Both the position numbers and the translations under genes were made by a program. From Aureliella sp. (GTDB lineage: Bacteria > Planctomycetota > Planctomycetia > Pirellulales > Pirellulaceae), in NCBI GenBank assembly GCA_963691875.1, contig OY829846.1, positions 992,001 through 1,056,000 on the forward strand: a stretch of DNA of 64,000 bases, given 5' to 3'. Numbering within the stretch: the stretch's first letter is position 1; each line of letters opens with the position of its first letter. The notes below the pieces were generated by a model, which saw only the letters and a list, made by a program, of their open reading frames with translations, ran no database searches and was not told the origin of the DNA. Positions 10,481 to 20,547 of this stretch are shown piece by piece.

Positions 10481-12433
10481 TCAGAACTTAAATCGCAGCT
10501 CGACTCGACTGCCGCGGATGTCTTCGGCGCCTCTTAAGAACCCGAACATATGGTCTGTGCGGAAGATCCAAGCATTGTTGATAGGTCTTTGATAACGTAT
10601 TCCAGCAGCATACTGGTCGCCCACAGCATTTCGAAACTGAGCGTTTCCGTTCGCTTTCAGCCCGGCGACCTCCAGCACTAGTTGATGGCTGAAGTTACAC
10701 CCCAACAGGTTGAGGCCAAGAGCACCGCCCACCGTGTTCACTCCAGTCGCGTCCAAGGTCGGGTAACCGGTCAATCCGTCCGATTCGAAGTTGATGCCAA
10801 CGTTGTTCAAGATGCCGCCAGTTACGCCATCGCGAGCCAAGGACTGGGTTCTTCCATGTCCGTACCAGAGATTGAAGTAGGGTACGAAGGTGTTTGGGGT
10901 TCTGGAGATCAGCGAGTTTTCGATCAGCAGCAGGGCTCCTTGAGCCGTCCGTTGGTCGCGAGGTAAAGCCTGATCGACGTTCGTGACGAAACGGATAGAG
11001 TTACTCAATCGATGCAAATACCGTCGCGTGAAGGCGATAGAAAAGTTGTGATAGCTCCGATGCTGACCGATGTCATCATGAATGAAGGCATAGTCAACTT
11101 CCCAGAAGCCGTCGTTGGCTTCGATGAACCAAGCCGTTCCGAAAAACTCCGCTGCGTTGTTGTCGCCAAGAAACGCATCGCTGTCGATTTGATCCGAAGC
11201 CCAAAAGAAGGTTGCATCGAAGTTTGACCAGTTAAGCAAACGATTGTGCTTTGAAGGCAATGCAACCGCTGCTCCCATCGCCGCGTCGTTTGCCCAAATC
11301 CCGTTCTGATAGAAAAACGGTATCAACCCGAACGAAAACGGAAGATCGAAAGGGCCATCCTGTCCCGTTAAACCGCCCCAGATCGATCCTGCGTCTCCTT
11401 CGAAGAACAGGGTGTCGAGCCGCAGGTCTCCGCCGTTGATGAACTCTGCCGAATCCGTGAAATCATAACGCGTGAAACTACCTCCGCGGTTCAAGGGAGT
11501 CACAAAGGCGTGTACTCGTTCCGTGGCAGTGATCTCCAAGTCCATGTCGATGTTAGCTCGAAATGCCAAGCTATTTGCATCGCCTTGCTGGTTGCGATTT
11601 ACGCCGACACCGGTTCTGTAATCGCCGTAGACCATGAAGTGTGGCATAACCAAATTGTATCGCCCTAACCAGTTGCGAGCCGGCGGGTAGGTTCCAGGGC
11701 CGAAGAGCGGTCGCCACCATTCGACCAGCGGACGCTGAGTGGAGACTGGAGTCTTACCACGATAGATCAACACTTCTTGGCTTGCATCGTAAGGAACCGG
11801 AGCCATGGGCGATGGGATAAATGCTCCGACGTCGTACGGAACCTGCTTTGCTAGCACGTCTATCTGAGGTCCAGCGATCTTTCCATCGCCGGTGATGTAA
11901 CTCGGCAAGCCGTCGTATTTCGGCGCCTTCATCGCCTGAGCCGCAGGTGTTGCAGTCCGGCCACGTGCCGCTCGCAACTGCGGCAGCGCCGATTCGACTG
12001 GAACGAGAAGATTTCCAGGTAGTGCCTGCAGCGGATCGAATGATTTGGGGCCGCCTGCTGGAGGAGCTGGTGCAGGTATATTCTTCTCTAGTTTCTGACT
12101 CGCTCCACCACCGAGGACAAGTCCACTCGACTCCTGCTGTTTGGGCAACTGCCCACCGAGCATGGCGTCAAGTAACTTTGGCGTTAGAGCTCCCGACGTG
12201 TCATCCTGAACGCCACTCGCACTCGCAAGCTCAACTGGAGGCGATAAGACTCTACCGAAACCAACTCCAGAATCCGGATGTTCAAAGATGTTTCTTGCTC
12301 GCAACTCAGGGACCGGAGGAAGGAGCGTAATCGGCTCGGAGCGCGGTAATTGCTGCGGGAACACACTCTCATACGAGCACACGCTAAGGGCGAGTCCTAA
12401 TGCAAGTTTTTGCAATAAGCTCAAAGAGTGCAT
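10481..12433 (-). CDS. Putative outer-membrane beta-barrel protein
   Basis: Signal peptide, Pro-rich linker, then amphipathic beta-strand-like segments ending in RVELRFKF (C-terminal Phe, BAM-signal-like). The ATG overlaps the upstream stop (TGATG). Confidence 0.75.
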   Translation of the reverse strand: MHSLSLLQKLALGLALSVCSYESVFPQQLPRSEPITLLPPVPELRARNIFEHPDSGVGFGRVLSPPVELASASGVQDDTSGALTPKLLDAMLGGQLPKQQESSGLVLGGGASQKLEKNIPAPAPPAGGPKSFDPLQALPGNLLVPVESALPQLRAARGRTATPAAQAMKAPKYDGLPSYITGDGKIAGPQIDVLAKQVPYDVGAFIPSPMAPVPYDASQEVLIYRGKTPVSTQRPLVEWWRPLFGPGTYPPARNWLGRYNLVMPHFMVYGDYRTGVGVNRNQQGDANSLAFRANIDMDLEITATERVHAFVTPLNRGGSFTRYDFTDSAEFINGGDLRLDTLFFEGDAGSIWGGLTGQDGPFDLPFSFGLIPFFYQNGIWANDAAMGAAVALPSKHNRLLNWSNFDATFFWASDQIDSDAFLGDNNAAEFFGTAWFIEANDGFWEVDYAFIHDDIGQHRSYHNFSIAFTRRYLHRLSNSIRFVTNVDQALPRDQRTAQGALLLIENSLISRTPNTFVPYFNLWYGHGRTQSLARDGVTGGILNNVGINFESDGLTGYPTLDATGVNTVGGALGLNLLGCNFSHQLVLEVAGLKANGNAQFRNAVGDQYAAGIRYQRPINNAWIFRTDHMFGFLRGAEDIRGSRVELRFKF

Positions 12434-14469
12434 CAAGGACTTGGGGCTCGCCTAGGGATCTGAAACTCGACAGCGTATTCGTGCAAGTCGATAGTCTGCT
12501 CTAGCATGCGACGCTCCATTTCCGGCGTCGCGTTGCAGAAACGCATGAAATAAATCGGTTCCATGCGTGAGCGAAGTCGCACGCTCAGCCGATATGTGCC
12601 GGAGCGTTGTAACAAGTAGCCAGGGATCTTGTACCGTGCTTTTTTTATTCCAAGAGGCGGAATGGATTTTTGCTCCATGCGAATAAACGGAGGGTGATTC
12701 ATCACCGTCGTTGGAATGTTGCCCGGCCGCAAAAACGGATTCTGGTCAATGTCCACATTGACTGGCAGGTACATCTCGCGATCCGTACCCTTGACTCCAG
12801 TCGTAATGAATTGTGATTGCAAATTGAATAGCTGCAGGTCCGGCTTGATGATTCCCTTGCGTACCTGAAGTGAGTGCTGATTGGCGAGGTCGCCATTTCC
12901 GTCCAGGTAGCCCGACTCCCATAGCCATTCATTGCTGGGGCCGCGCAGCACGACGTTCAGCCAAAGTTGCGGCTGGGCTCCGAGAGATCCACTGGGATTG
13001 TTGTGCCCTTCACTCATATTCTTGACGACGTACTGAAGCTTCAGATCCTTGCCTAGCGAAGGCTGCTTATCAAAAAAAGGGCCCTCGACCCGCGAGCCGG
13101 CCTCCATGACTTCAATGGAAGACGCTTTCTTAACCTCAAGCAACTTCATATTTTCGTCCAGGACTCTTCTTGCGTCGATTCGCTCATCGGCGGAGCTCCA
13201 TTCGGGCGGGAACTGTACGAGCAAGTGTCCCGATGCGACCGCTTTCTCAAACTCTTTCTTGCCCCAGCCGCTTCGCCAATCGTAGCTCAACCACTGATCG
13301 ACGGTCCAACGCAGGGCCTTCTCGTTGTGCGGAAATAGCCCGGGGTGAGCAATGGAGTTGCCAGGGCCGAAGAAAAGATGATTCGAGTGTTTGCGATAAT
13401 TGTTGACCGACAAACCATTCATCTCAGCCGCTGCGCCATAGGTGTACCCCTGCGGTTTGCCAGGGACTGCGCCCATGTGACAATCTTGGCAGCTAACACC
13501 TTTCTTGCAGGCAGGACTGGCACGGTACTGTGCCCAAACGACTTCGAGTGCGATTCCTGGATGCACGGCAACTTGATGGCACGACTGGCAGAATCCGCTC
13601 CTACCAAGTTGCTCGAACTTGTAGCCTTGCATGTGAATTTCTTGGCCAGGCTTCTTCGAATTCGGATCAAGTTTGACCTTGTATTTATCTTTCTCCGCAA
13701 TCGCTTTCGCCACGCCAGAACCTCCGACACCGCCGTAAACCGGTGCTTGCAAGGGTCCTGGCTCAATCCGCCGTTCTCCGTGCACGCGGCCGTAATTTTC
13801 CTTGACACGGTGGCAGGCCACGCAAGTCACACCTTCGCGATATACTTGGGGCGCATCAACAATGGAGGCGGCGCGATCGTAGTTCATTTGAGTTGCAACG
13901 GGAGCGTGACAACGACTGCAGAAGTCCCCAACGGTCCCGCGACTCAGGTCTGAAATCGCTTGCTCGAATTTCTGAAACATTGGTGAGATTGCAGAGTAGG
14001 CATGGGCGCTGACCCGCCACTCGTCATAGATCTTCTTATGGCACTTGGCGCATGTCATCGCTGAAGGATAAAGCGACTCTGCGAAGACCAGTGCATGCGG
14101 ATCTTGCCCTTCCGGTACTCCTCCGCGAGACGGAGCGGACAATCCGTGACCGGCACCAGGGATTCGGTTTGTAGTTAGAGCAACTGCGGGATTTACCGGC
14201 CGGTGGCCAGCAGTGGGAGAGAGTTCGGAAGCGACGCGGGCTCCAAGATTCTTGAATGCCTCAAAGTTGGGCCTCTGTGTGACCGTCGGAACGTCAGAGA
14301 AGCTACTGAGCGGCGGAAGCGAGCGGTAATCAATTTCCTGTGCGCACGCGATGGTCGACATCATTAGAAAGGCCACAGAAAATTTGCCACCTGTGGAACA
14401 GCTCGCTCGTTTGACTAAGTCAAAACTGAGGCGAGCGGCGAGCCATTGCATGCATTGCAGATAGTGCAC
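12433..14469 (-). CDS. Multiheme cytochrome c (five CxxCH; cytochrome c554-like domain)
   Basis: CAKCH, CSRCH, CVACH, CQSCH and CQDCH, with EW..S.HA after the first motif. N-terminal export signal. Confidence 0.9.
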   Translation of the reverse strand: MHYLQCMQWLAARLSFDLVKRASCSTGGKFSVAFLMMSTIACAQEIDYRSLPPLSSFSDVPTVTQRPNFEAFKNLGARVASELSPTAGHRPVNPAVALTTNRIPGAGHGLSAPSRGGVPEGQDPHALVFAESLYPSAMTCAKCHKKIYDEWRVSAHAYSAISPMFQKFEQAISDLSRGTVGDFCSRCHAPVATQMNYDRAASIVDAPQVYREGVTCVACHRVKENYGRVHGERRIEPGPLQAPVYGGVGGSGVAKAIAEKDKYKVKLDPNSKKPGQEIHMQGYKFEQLGRSGFCQSCHQVAVHPGIALEVVWAQYRASPACKKGVSCQDCHMGAVPGKPQGYTYGAAAEMNGLSVNNYRKHSNHLFFGPGNSIAHPGLFPHNEKALRWTVDQWLSYDWRSGWGKKEFEKAVASGHLLVQFPPEWSSADERIDARRVLDENMKLLEVKKASSIEVMEAGSRVEGPFFDKQPSLGKDLKLQYVVKNMSEGHNNPSGSLGAQPQLWLNVVLRGPSNEWLWESGYLDGNGDLANQHSLQVRKGIIKPDLQLFNLQSQFITTGVKGTDREMYLPVNVDIDQNPFLRPGNIPTTVMNHPPFIRMEQKSIPPLGIKKARYKIPGYLLQRSGTYRLSVRLRSRMEPIYFMRFCNATPEMERRMLEQTIDLHEYAVEFQIPRRAPSP

Positions 14470-14790
14470 AACATCCCCCTAAGTTACTGTGACCGCCACA
14501 CCTCCTCTTATCGGACCACTCCCGTATTCCAATCATTACAAGCGGAAAATTCCAACCGGTTTCGCGTGTGCAATCCGTAAGGTTTACCTGTCTTTCCGCC
14601 ATCTCTTTTGATTTCTCTGAACTAGACTTTCGCAGCCTCGCACCTATCTGCGGTGACGCAATTCGAATATCCGGAAGCGTTTTTTCGGAACAGCATCTGT
14701 AATGTTCGAAATCCCGTGACTGAGTGAGACAGAACCGTCCCCAAAACTGCTGGCGACGCTGCCCACTCCGAGAAGTTTGTGAGAGACACG

Positions 14791-15282
14791 ATGATGACAA
14801 GCGAAGAAGACCGTAAGGCGTACCGATGTGCCGTCGCACCAGAAAATGCGTCTGCCGAATTGCGGATTGGACGTCGCCGGCATCTTGCTGCAGTGTTGGA
14901 TACTTCTCGCGCAGGCTTCACAGTACGCATTGAGAACAAAGTATTGAAGAGCCTAAAAGACGGCGGGGAGTATGAGCTCCTTTTTGCCGGTGAGCACTGG
15001 CGAGTTAAGAAAGAGTCGCACTACGCGGGCGAAAACTGTATCAACGTCGGTTTCTCCCGCGTAGAAGACATCACAAAAGTAGAGACTCCGGGAAGCTGGC
15101 TGCCCTCTTTGTCGATCACTCAGCGCGTCAACTCCGATCCAACCTTGTTAATGTACTTGTTGATCGCCTTTATTTTCGCCTGCCTAGCCCTTCCTGGCAT
15201 GGGAGACAGCCTCGGGACTGCACCACGCATTCAAGCAGGGATCGGCGTGATTTGGCAGACCATCTGGGATATGGTCCAGTAG
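14791..15282 (+). CDS. PilZ-like domain protein with C-terminal membrane anchor
   Basis: RKAYR (RxxxR) and DTSRAG (DxSxxG) c-di-GMP-binding motifs, plus hydrophobic LLMYLLIAFIFACLAL. Confidence 0.7.
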   Translation: MMTSEEDRKAYRCAVAPENASAELRIGRRRHLAAVLDTSRAGFTVRIENKVLKSLKDGGEYELLFAGEHWRVKKESHYAGENCINVGFSRVEDITKVETPGSWLPSLSITQRVNSDPTLLMYLLIAFIFACLALPGMGDSLGTAPRIQAGIGVIWQTIWDMVQ

Positions 15283-15433
15283 TCTCCAAAAGTGATCTGA
15301 GGCTGACTACAGATGCCTGAAACTGCGGTTGAGCTAAGCGGTACCTACCAAGTTTCGCTGCCAGAAGGTACGCTTTCGACTGAAATCTGACTGTCCGAGT
15401 TGACGGTCACCAGAACTCACGAAAGCGACAAGC

Positions 15434-15952
15434 ATGGCAATCGACCTCAAAGAACACATTCGAGATATCCCAGACTTTCCGAAGCCAGGGATTATTTTCA
15501 AAGATATCACACCCCTACTCGCCCATCCCGCTGCCTTTCGGGAAGCCATCAATCAGATTGCGGCACGCTATAGCGATCAAAAGATTGACGCAATCGTAGC
15601 GGTTGAATCTCGCGGATTCATTTTCGGCGCTCCGCTAGCCGACAAACTCGACGCCGCCTTCATTCCTGTCCGCAAGCCGGGCAAGCTGCCCTACGATACG
15701 ATCAGCTACTCCTACGAGCTTGAGTATGGAAAGGATACGCTTGAAATCCACAAAGATGCCTTGAAAGCAGGCGATCGCGTACTCATTGTCGACGACTTGC
15801 TGGCGACTGGCGGAACCATTGAAGCCACTCTAAAGTTGATCAGCGGCTTCGAAGTGGACGTCGTAGAGTGCGCATTCTGCATCAACCTCAGCTTCCTCGG
15901 TGGTGCGGAGAAGCTCAGACCACATTCCGTGTTTAGCTTGCTCGAGTACTAA
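15434..15952 (+). CDS. apt: Adenine phosphoribosyltransferase
   Basis: IPDFPKPGIIFKDIT, ESRGF, RKPGKLP, LEYG and VLIVDDLLATGGT. Confidence 0.97.
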   Translation: MAIDLKEHIRDIPDFPKPGIIFKDITPLLAHPAAFREAINQIAARYSDQKIDAIVAVESRGFIFGAPLADKLDAAFIPVRKPGKLPYDTISYSYELEYGKDTLEIHKDALKAGDRVLIVDDLLATGGTIEATLKLISGFEVDVVECAFCINLSFLGGAEKLRPHSVFSLLEY

Positions 15953-16048
15953 TTGGCCTCATGCCTTTCGTCGCACGTTACCGTGACAACAGTGCACTCG
16001 GTACGACGTACTTAAGCTTTCGCGTAAAGGTTTTGAATCACATAAGCC

Positions 16049-17437
16049 ATGGACGAGAATCCGAGCGAAAAAGTTCCCGAACAAGCTGAGTCGCCTCAAC
16101 CAGCACGATCACTTCACTCGGCGGAAGAGACTTTCGGCTTCCGAAGTGCATCGGAGAAAGTGAAGACCTTTCCGCAAACGCCTGGAGTCTATCTGATGAA
16201 GGATCATTCTGGCGTCGTTATCTACGTTGGCAAGGCAAAAAACCTGAGAAGCCGCGCCTCGAGCTATTTTCTCAAGGCCGCACAGGAAGAGCAACGAACG
16301 GCAAGCTGGGTCAAAGAAATCTGCGACATTGACTACATGGAGTGCGAGAGTGAGGTCGATGCTCTGCTGGCTGAAAGTCGTCTGATTAAGGACGTTCAGC
16401 CACGGCATAACAAGGAACAGAAGGACGATAAAAGTTTTCCATATCTGATGATCACCACGCGCGAGGATTTTCCTCGCGTGGAGCTTACGAGGACACCAAA
16501 ACAAACAGGCGCGAAACTTTACGGTCCATTTGCCAGTGCCGGCGCGTTACGAGGTGCGATCCAAGTCCTCCAGAGGATCTTTAAATTCCGGACCTGCAGT
16601 CTCGACATCGATGAAAACGATGACCGTTGGAGATGGTTTCGGCCGTGCCTGCTGGCATCGATCCAACAATGTACCGCTCCGTGCAATCTGCGAATCTCAA
16701 AAGAAGAGTATCGTCAAGACATTCGGCGACTACACACTTTTCTCGAAGGCGGAAAGAAGAAGCTGCTTAAGCAACTCAAGGAAGAGATGCAAATCGCCGC
16801 CAAAGAGCTTGCCTATGAGAAGGCGGCTCGACTGCGCGATGAAATCTCCATGCTCGAACGACTCGACGAACGCGGCGACTTAGACACGCATGTGCAACCC
16901 GAGGTTTTCTACATCGATCCCAAGAAGGGAATGACCGGGCTACAGAAGGTTTTGAAATTGCCTGCTCCGCCTCGTGTTATCGAAGGTGTGGATATAGCGC
17001 ACTTAGGCGGTAAGCAAACGGTGGCAAGTCTGGTGCAATTCATCGACGGCTTGCCATTCAAGCCGGGTTATCGTCGCTACAAGATCCAAGGCGTCGATGG
17101 TGTAGACGATTTTCGCAGTATCCATGAAGTCGTTTCGCGGCGTTTTCGAAAACTAAGCGAGTCGCAAGAGTCCTTTCCGGATCTACTTCTCATCGACGGT
17201 GGCAAAGGACAGCTAAGCGCGGCGATGGCCGCTTTCCGAGATCAAGATATCGACCCGCCAGCCGTGCTTTCCCTTGCAAAACAAGAGGAAGAAATTTTCT
17301 TGCCTGGCCAAACGGAATCTCTCAAGCTGAGCCGGCATGCATTCGCACTCCGCCTGCTGCAATACGTGCGAGACGAGGCCCACCGCTTCGCCCAGCACTA
17401 CCATCATATCCTTCGTGATAAAAGCCAGTACAAATAG
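16049..17437 (+). CDS. uvrC: Excinuclease ABC subunit C (short form)
   Basis: GIY-YIG (PGVYLM..IYVGKAKNLRSR), UVR coil (YEKAARLRD) and RNase H-like domain (DIAH, DDF, LIDGGKGQL, RDEAHRFA). Confidence 0.9.
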   Translation: MDENPSEKVPEQAESPQPARSLHSAEETFGFRSASEKVKTFPQTPGVYLMKDHSGVVIYVGKAKNLRSRASSYFLKAAQEEQRTASWVKEICDIDYMECESEVDALLAESRLIKDVQPRHNKEQKDDKSFPYLMITTREDFPRVELTRTPKQTGAKLYGPFASAGALRGAIQVLQRIFKFRTCSLDIDENDDRWRWFRPCLLASIQQCTAPCNLRISKEEYRQDIRRLHTFLEGGKKKLLKQLKEEMQIAAKELAYEKAARLRDEISMLERLDERGDLDTHVQPEVFYIDPKKGMTGLQKVLKLPAPPRVIEGVDIAHLGGKQTVASLVQFIDGLPFKPGYRRYKIQGVDGVDDFRSIHEVVSRRFRKLSESQESFPDLLLIDGGKGQLSAAMAAFRDQDIDPPAVLSLAKQEEEIFLPGQTESLKLSRHAFALRLLQYVRDEAHRFAQHYHHILRDKSQYK

Positions 17438-18044
17438 TTCGCCATGCAGCATCGCTATCGCCACAACTAGGGGGGAAGTCTTGAGAACGTTCGCAAGAAG
17501 TGGATGCGGTGACGAATACTGGAGCAAGCCGGCCTCTGCGGCTAGTCATTAAACAGCCGAAAGATTCCCCCTAACAAGACAAGAACACAAGGAAGAAAGG
17601 TGAGAGAGCTTGACGATTCCGGAACGGCCGCCGGTCAAAAAGCAATCGGAAAAACCGTCAATTTCCTAGATCCGAACTCCGTAACGCGCTCGTCCGCGCC
17701 ACCTTGGGCTGTCCCGGCACGAATCTGGCTGGGTAAAAGGTCAATAACAACCTTATAGCCCGCTGATTCGACGAGAGCATTCCTCTTCACGCAGCGAGAG
17801 GGAAAGCGGGCGTTTTCGACCGGAGCTACAGCAGCATCCCATTCTTTAAAAAATTTGGTGTCGTCTTGGTGCGTCGACCATTAAATCTTGCCGATCCATG
17901 CGGGTCCGTATCATGGGAAAAGTACTTATCGACGGGCAACAAGTTGTGGCTGACTAGTGAGCAATGAAGAACCCGACGCATCAATGAGAACAGCCAAATG
18001 TTCCATCCTACGCATCGGCTTATGGATATTTACACTATGTATCT

Positions 18045-19685
18045 TTAAGGACGCTCCACCATTAGCAGTCGGCGGCGAGCAATCTCCAAAACACGATCTT
18101 GCTTTTTCGTAGCCGCAACATCGCGTGGCTCCTGCTTTGCAACAAAATGCACTGGATCAGCTGCTTCCGATTCCACAGTTAAGGTAGGTTGGACACCAAG
18201 TTCACTGATTGCTTTGCCGCTTGGAGAATAGAACTTAGATACCGTCAACCGGATCCCGCAGTTCAAGTTTTTCGTATGGAATAAGCCTTGAACGCTTCCC
18301 TTGCCGAACGTGGTCTCTCCTATCACCTCTCCGCGACGATTGTCACGAATAGCCCCAGCGAGGATTTCGCTGGCACTCGCGCTCTCTTCGTTGATAAGCA
18401 AAGTCAAAGGAAGAGTCCAAGTACCACTGCGGGTCGCGTTGTAGTTCTGGTTCTCAATCCCGTTCTTCCCCCGGGTGGAGACGATTCGGCCGCTGTCGAG
18501 GAATCGGTCGGCCACGTCTATGGACGCGTCGAGCCATCCTCCTGGATTACCACGCAAGTCGATGATTAAACTCTTCATTCCCGCCCGATGGAGGCTCCAA
18601 AGTGCTGCATCCAACTCGTTGAGCGTCGTTTTCTGGAAGCTACTCATCTTCAAGTAAGCTACACCTGCTGCCTCATCCAGAATCCGAGCGCGCTCGACAC
18701 TGGGCACTTCGACACGCTGACGAACGATAACTAGGTCTTTCTTCTCTGCGCCGCGATGAAGCAACAGACGGACATGGCTGTTCTCCGGTCCACGAAGCAT
18801 GTCCGCTGCTCGTTCAGCCCCCACGTCCGAACAACGAATTTGTCCAATCTCCGCAATCTCATCGCCAGCCAGCATTCCCGCTTGTTCAGCAGGTCCACCA
18901 GGAATGACATTTAAGATTTTGAGTGGAACGCTGTGTGGCTGAAGAGCGATACCGAGCCCCACAAAATTGCCCTCAATCTGCGATTCCACCTCTTCCAGTT
19001 CGGACGCAGAAAGGAACGAAGAATAAGGATCGAGCAAGGCGATAGCCCCGAGAGTGAACTGAATGACCGTTGCTGTAGGCTGCAGGCCAATCTTCTGCTC
19101 AGCAGCTTTCGCAGCGTTTTGCACAATGTTGATTGCTTCGCTACGGGTCGCGACTCTATTCCGAAGTGTCAATTTGTGAATTGAAGTCCGAAAGGATTCG
19201 ATTTCCTCCTGCGTGCGTCCCTCGAGATGCGTCTTAATGAAGGATGGCTCCGTTAGGGCAACTTCAAGGTAGGCTGTACCGCCGCGAATGACCTCTGCCA
19301 AGTCGATCACATCTACGTAACTCATCTCGAGTCGAGTGAGAATTTCGCGGTAGAGCTCGATTGCTTCGGCTTGATCGCTATCGGCAACTAAACCGCCGAT
19401 GGCAGAATCGCCTCCGCGTCGAATCACATCATAGTGCAACCGACAAATTAGCAGGCGACGACGCAGCTCTTGATCTTTGGGGTGGGATCGAACCGCACCT
19501 TCGTAGTGTTGGATGGCGGCAACCCAATCACGATTTTGTTCAAAACTTAGACCATTATCGATCAGAGCTCGTACGAGACGTTGAGCGGACTTTCCTTCAC
19601 CGACAGACGCAGGAGATTGTGCGTAGGCGGGCAGAGCACAAAAAATTGCTAGGAACGCGAGACGAAAATGGGACAGGGAGATCAT
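18045..19685 (-). CDS. S41 family carboxyl-terminal processing protease with PDZ domain
   Basis: LDPYS, FVGLGI, DLRGNPGG, SASASEI, TFGKGSVQ. Signal peptide from ATG 19685. Confidence 0.93.
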   Translation of the reverse strand: MISLSHFRLAFLAIFCALPAYAQSPASVGEGKSAQRLVRALIDNGLSFEQNRDWVAAIQHYEGAVRSHPKDQELRRRLLICRLHYDVIRRGGDSAIGGLVADSDQAEAIELYREILTRLEMSYVDVIDLAEVIRGGTAYLEVALTEPSFIKTHLEGRTQEEIESFRTSIHKLTLRNRVATRSEAINIVQNAAKAAEQKIGLQPTATVIQFTLGAIALLDPYSSFLSASELEEVESQIEGNFVGLGIALQPHSVPLKILNVIPGGPAEQAGMLAGDEIAEIGQIRCSDVGAERAADMLRGPENSHVRLLLHRGAEKKDLVIVRQRVEVPSVERARILDEAAGVAYLKMSSFQKTTLNELDAALWSLHRAGMKSLIIDLRGNPGGWLDASIDVADRFLDSGRIVSTRGKNGIENQNYNATRSGTWTLPLTLLINEESASASEILAGAIRDNRRGEVIGETTFGKGSVQGLFHTKNLNCGIRLTVSKFYSPSGKAISELGVQPTLTVESEAADPVHFVAKQEPRDVAATKKQDRVLEIARRRLLMVERP

Positions 19686-20168
19686 GCAGCTCTTCCGAGT
19701 TTGCGACTTCAAGTGCGATGCAAAACATTGCAAACCCAATGAGTCCGAAACGGAAGTGCCGTCAATGGCCCAGCTTGTGCGGAAGGATTTGCCCTGGGCA
19801 TGCCTCGAAGTGTGCTGTTCTGGAGAGATCGTCCGAGCAACGAGCATATTGCTTAAGACACTTTACCCCAGAACCTGCACTCTGCCTTCCGTGCACGAAG
19901 TCGGCCCGAGCAACTATAGGATGCTATTGGTGACCGGTCAAAAAACTTCCAGTGACTTTCTTGCCACAAATCTTACCTAAACGACTTTGTTGAATCGCAA
20001 AAATCCGGTTGTAACAGTTGGTGACGAGGGGCACCGCTAAATTCAGCCCTTGCGTTGCAAAATGTCAAAGTGTCTACTCGGCGGTCGATAAGTATCTGGC
20101 TAGATGTCCAGCGTTTCGCTCTTCACAAGAAACTCATTCTGAGTTTTGCGACAAACTCGGTAGCCGCC

Positions 20169-20393
20169 ATGCCCAATCAAACTGACGCCTCTCGCATCGA
20201 AGCACTTGAAATCAGCATCGCTCACCAGCAACGCCTATTGGAGCAACTGAATGAAGTGGTCACAGAGCACTCCAAAATCTTGATACAGTTAGAAAAGGCA
20301 ATACCCAAGCTGAGAGAAGAGCTGCTCGAGCTGCGTGCGGCACAGGACGCAAATTCCTCTCCACTCGCCAATGAGAAGCCGCCGCACTATTAG
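20169..20393 (+). CDS. slyX: SlyX family protein
   Basis: RIEALE...HQ...EQLNEVV coiled coil and C-terminal EKPPHY. Confidence 0.9.
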   Translation: MPNQTDASRIEALEISIAHQQRLLEQLNEVVTEHSKILIQLEKAIPKLREELLELRAAQDANSSPLANEKPPHY

Positions 20394-20547
20394 GCGCTGA
20401 TTCAACTTCTGCAGAATGTGCGTTTCGGATTCGACGAACGTATTAAGCCGCCGAACGTGATAGTAGTTTTTTGCTTTAATAAGCGGTGGAGATCGGCGGC
20501 TGAGCATTGGCCACAGGGATCAACTGAGATAGTTGACCTACTTTGCC

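Noticed and set aside
17460..17830. 6S RNA or tmRNA (TGAGA..GTTCGCAAG and GATTCGAC resemblance)
   Set aside because: The closed stem spans only ~105 nt, and there are no tRNA-like ends or tag reading frame.
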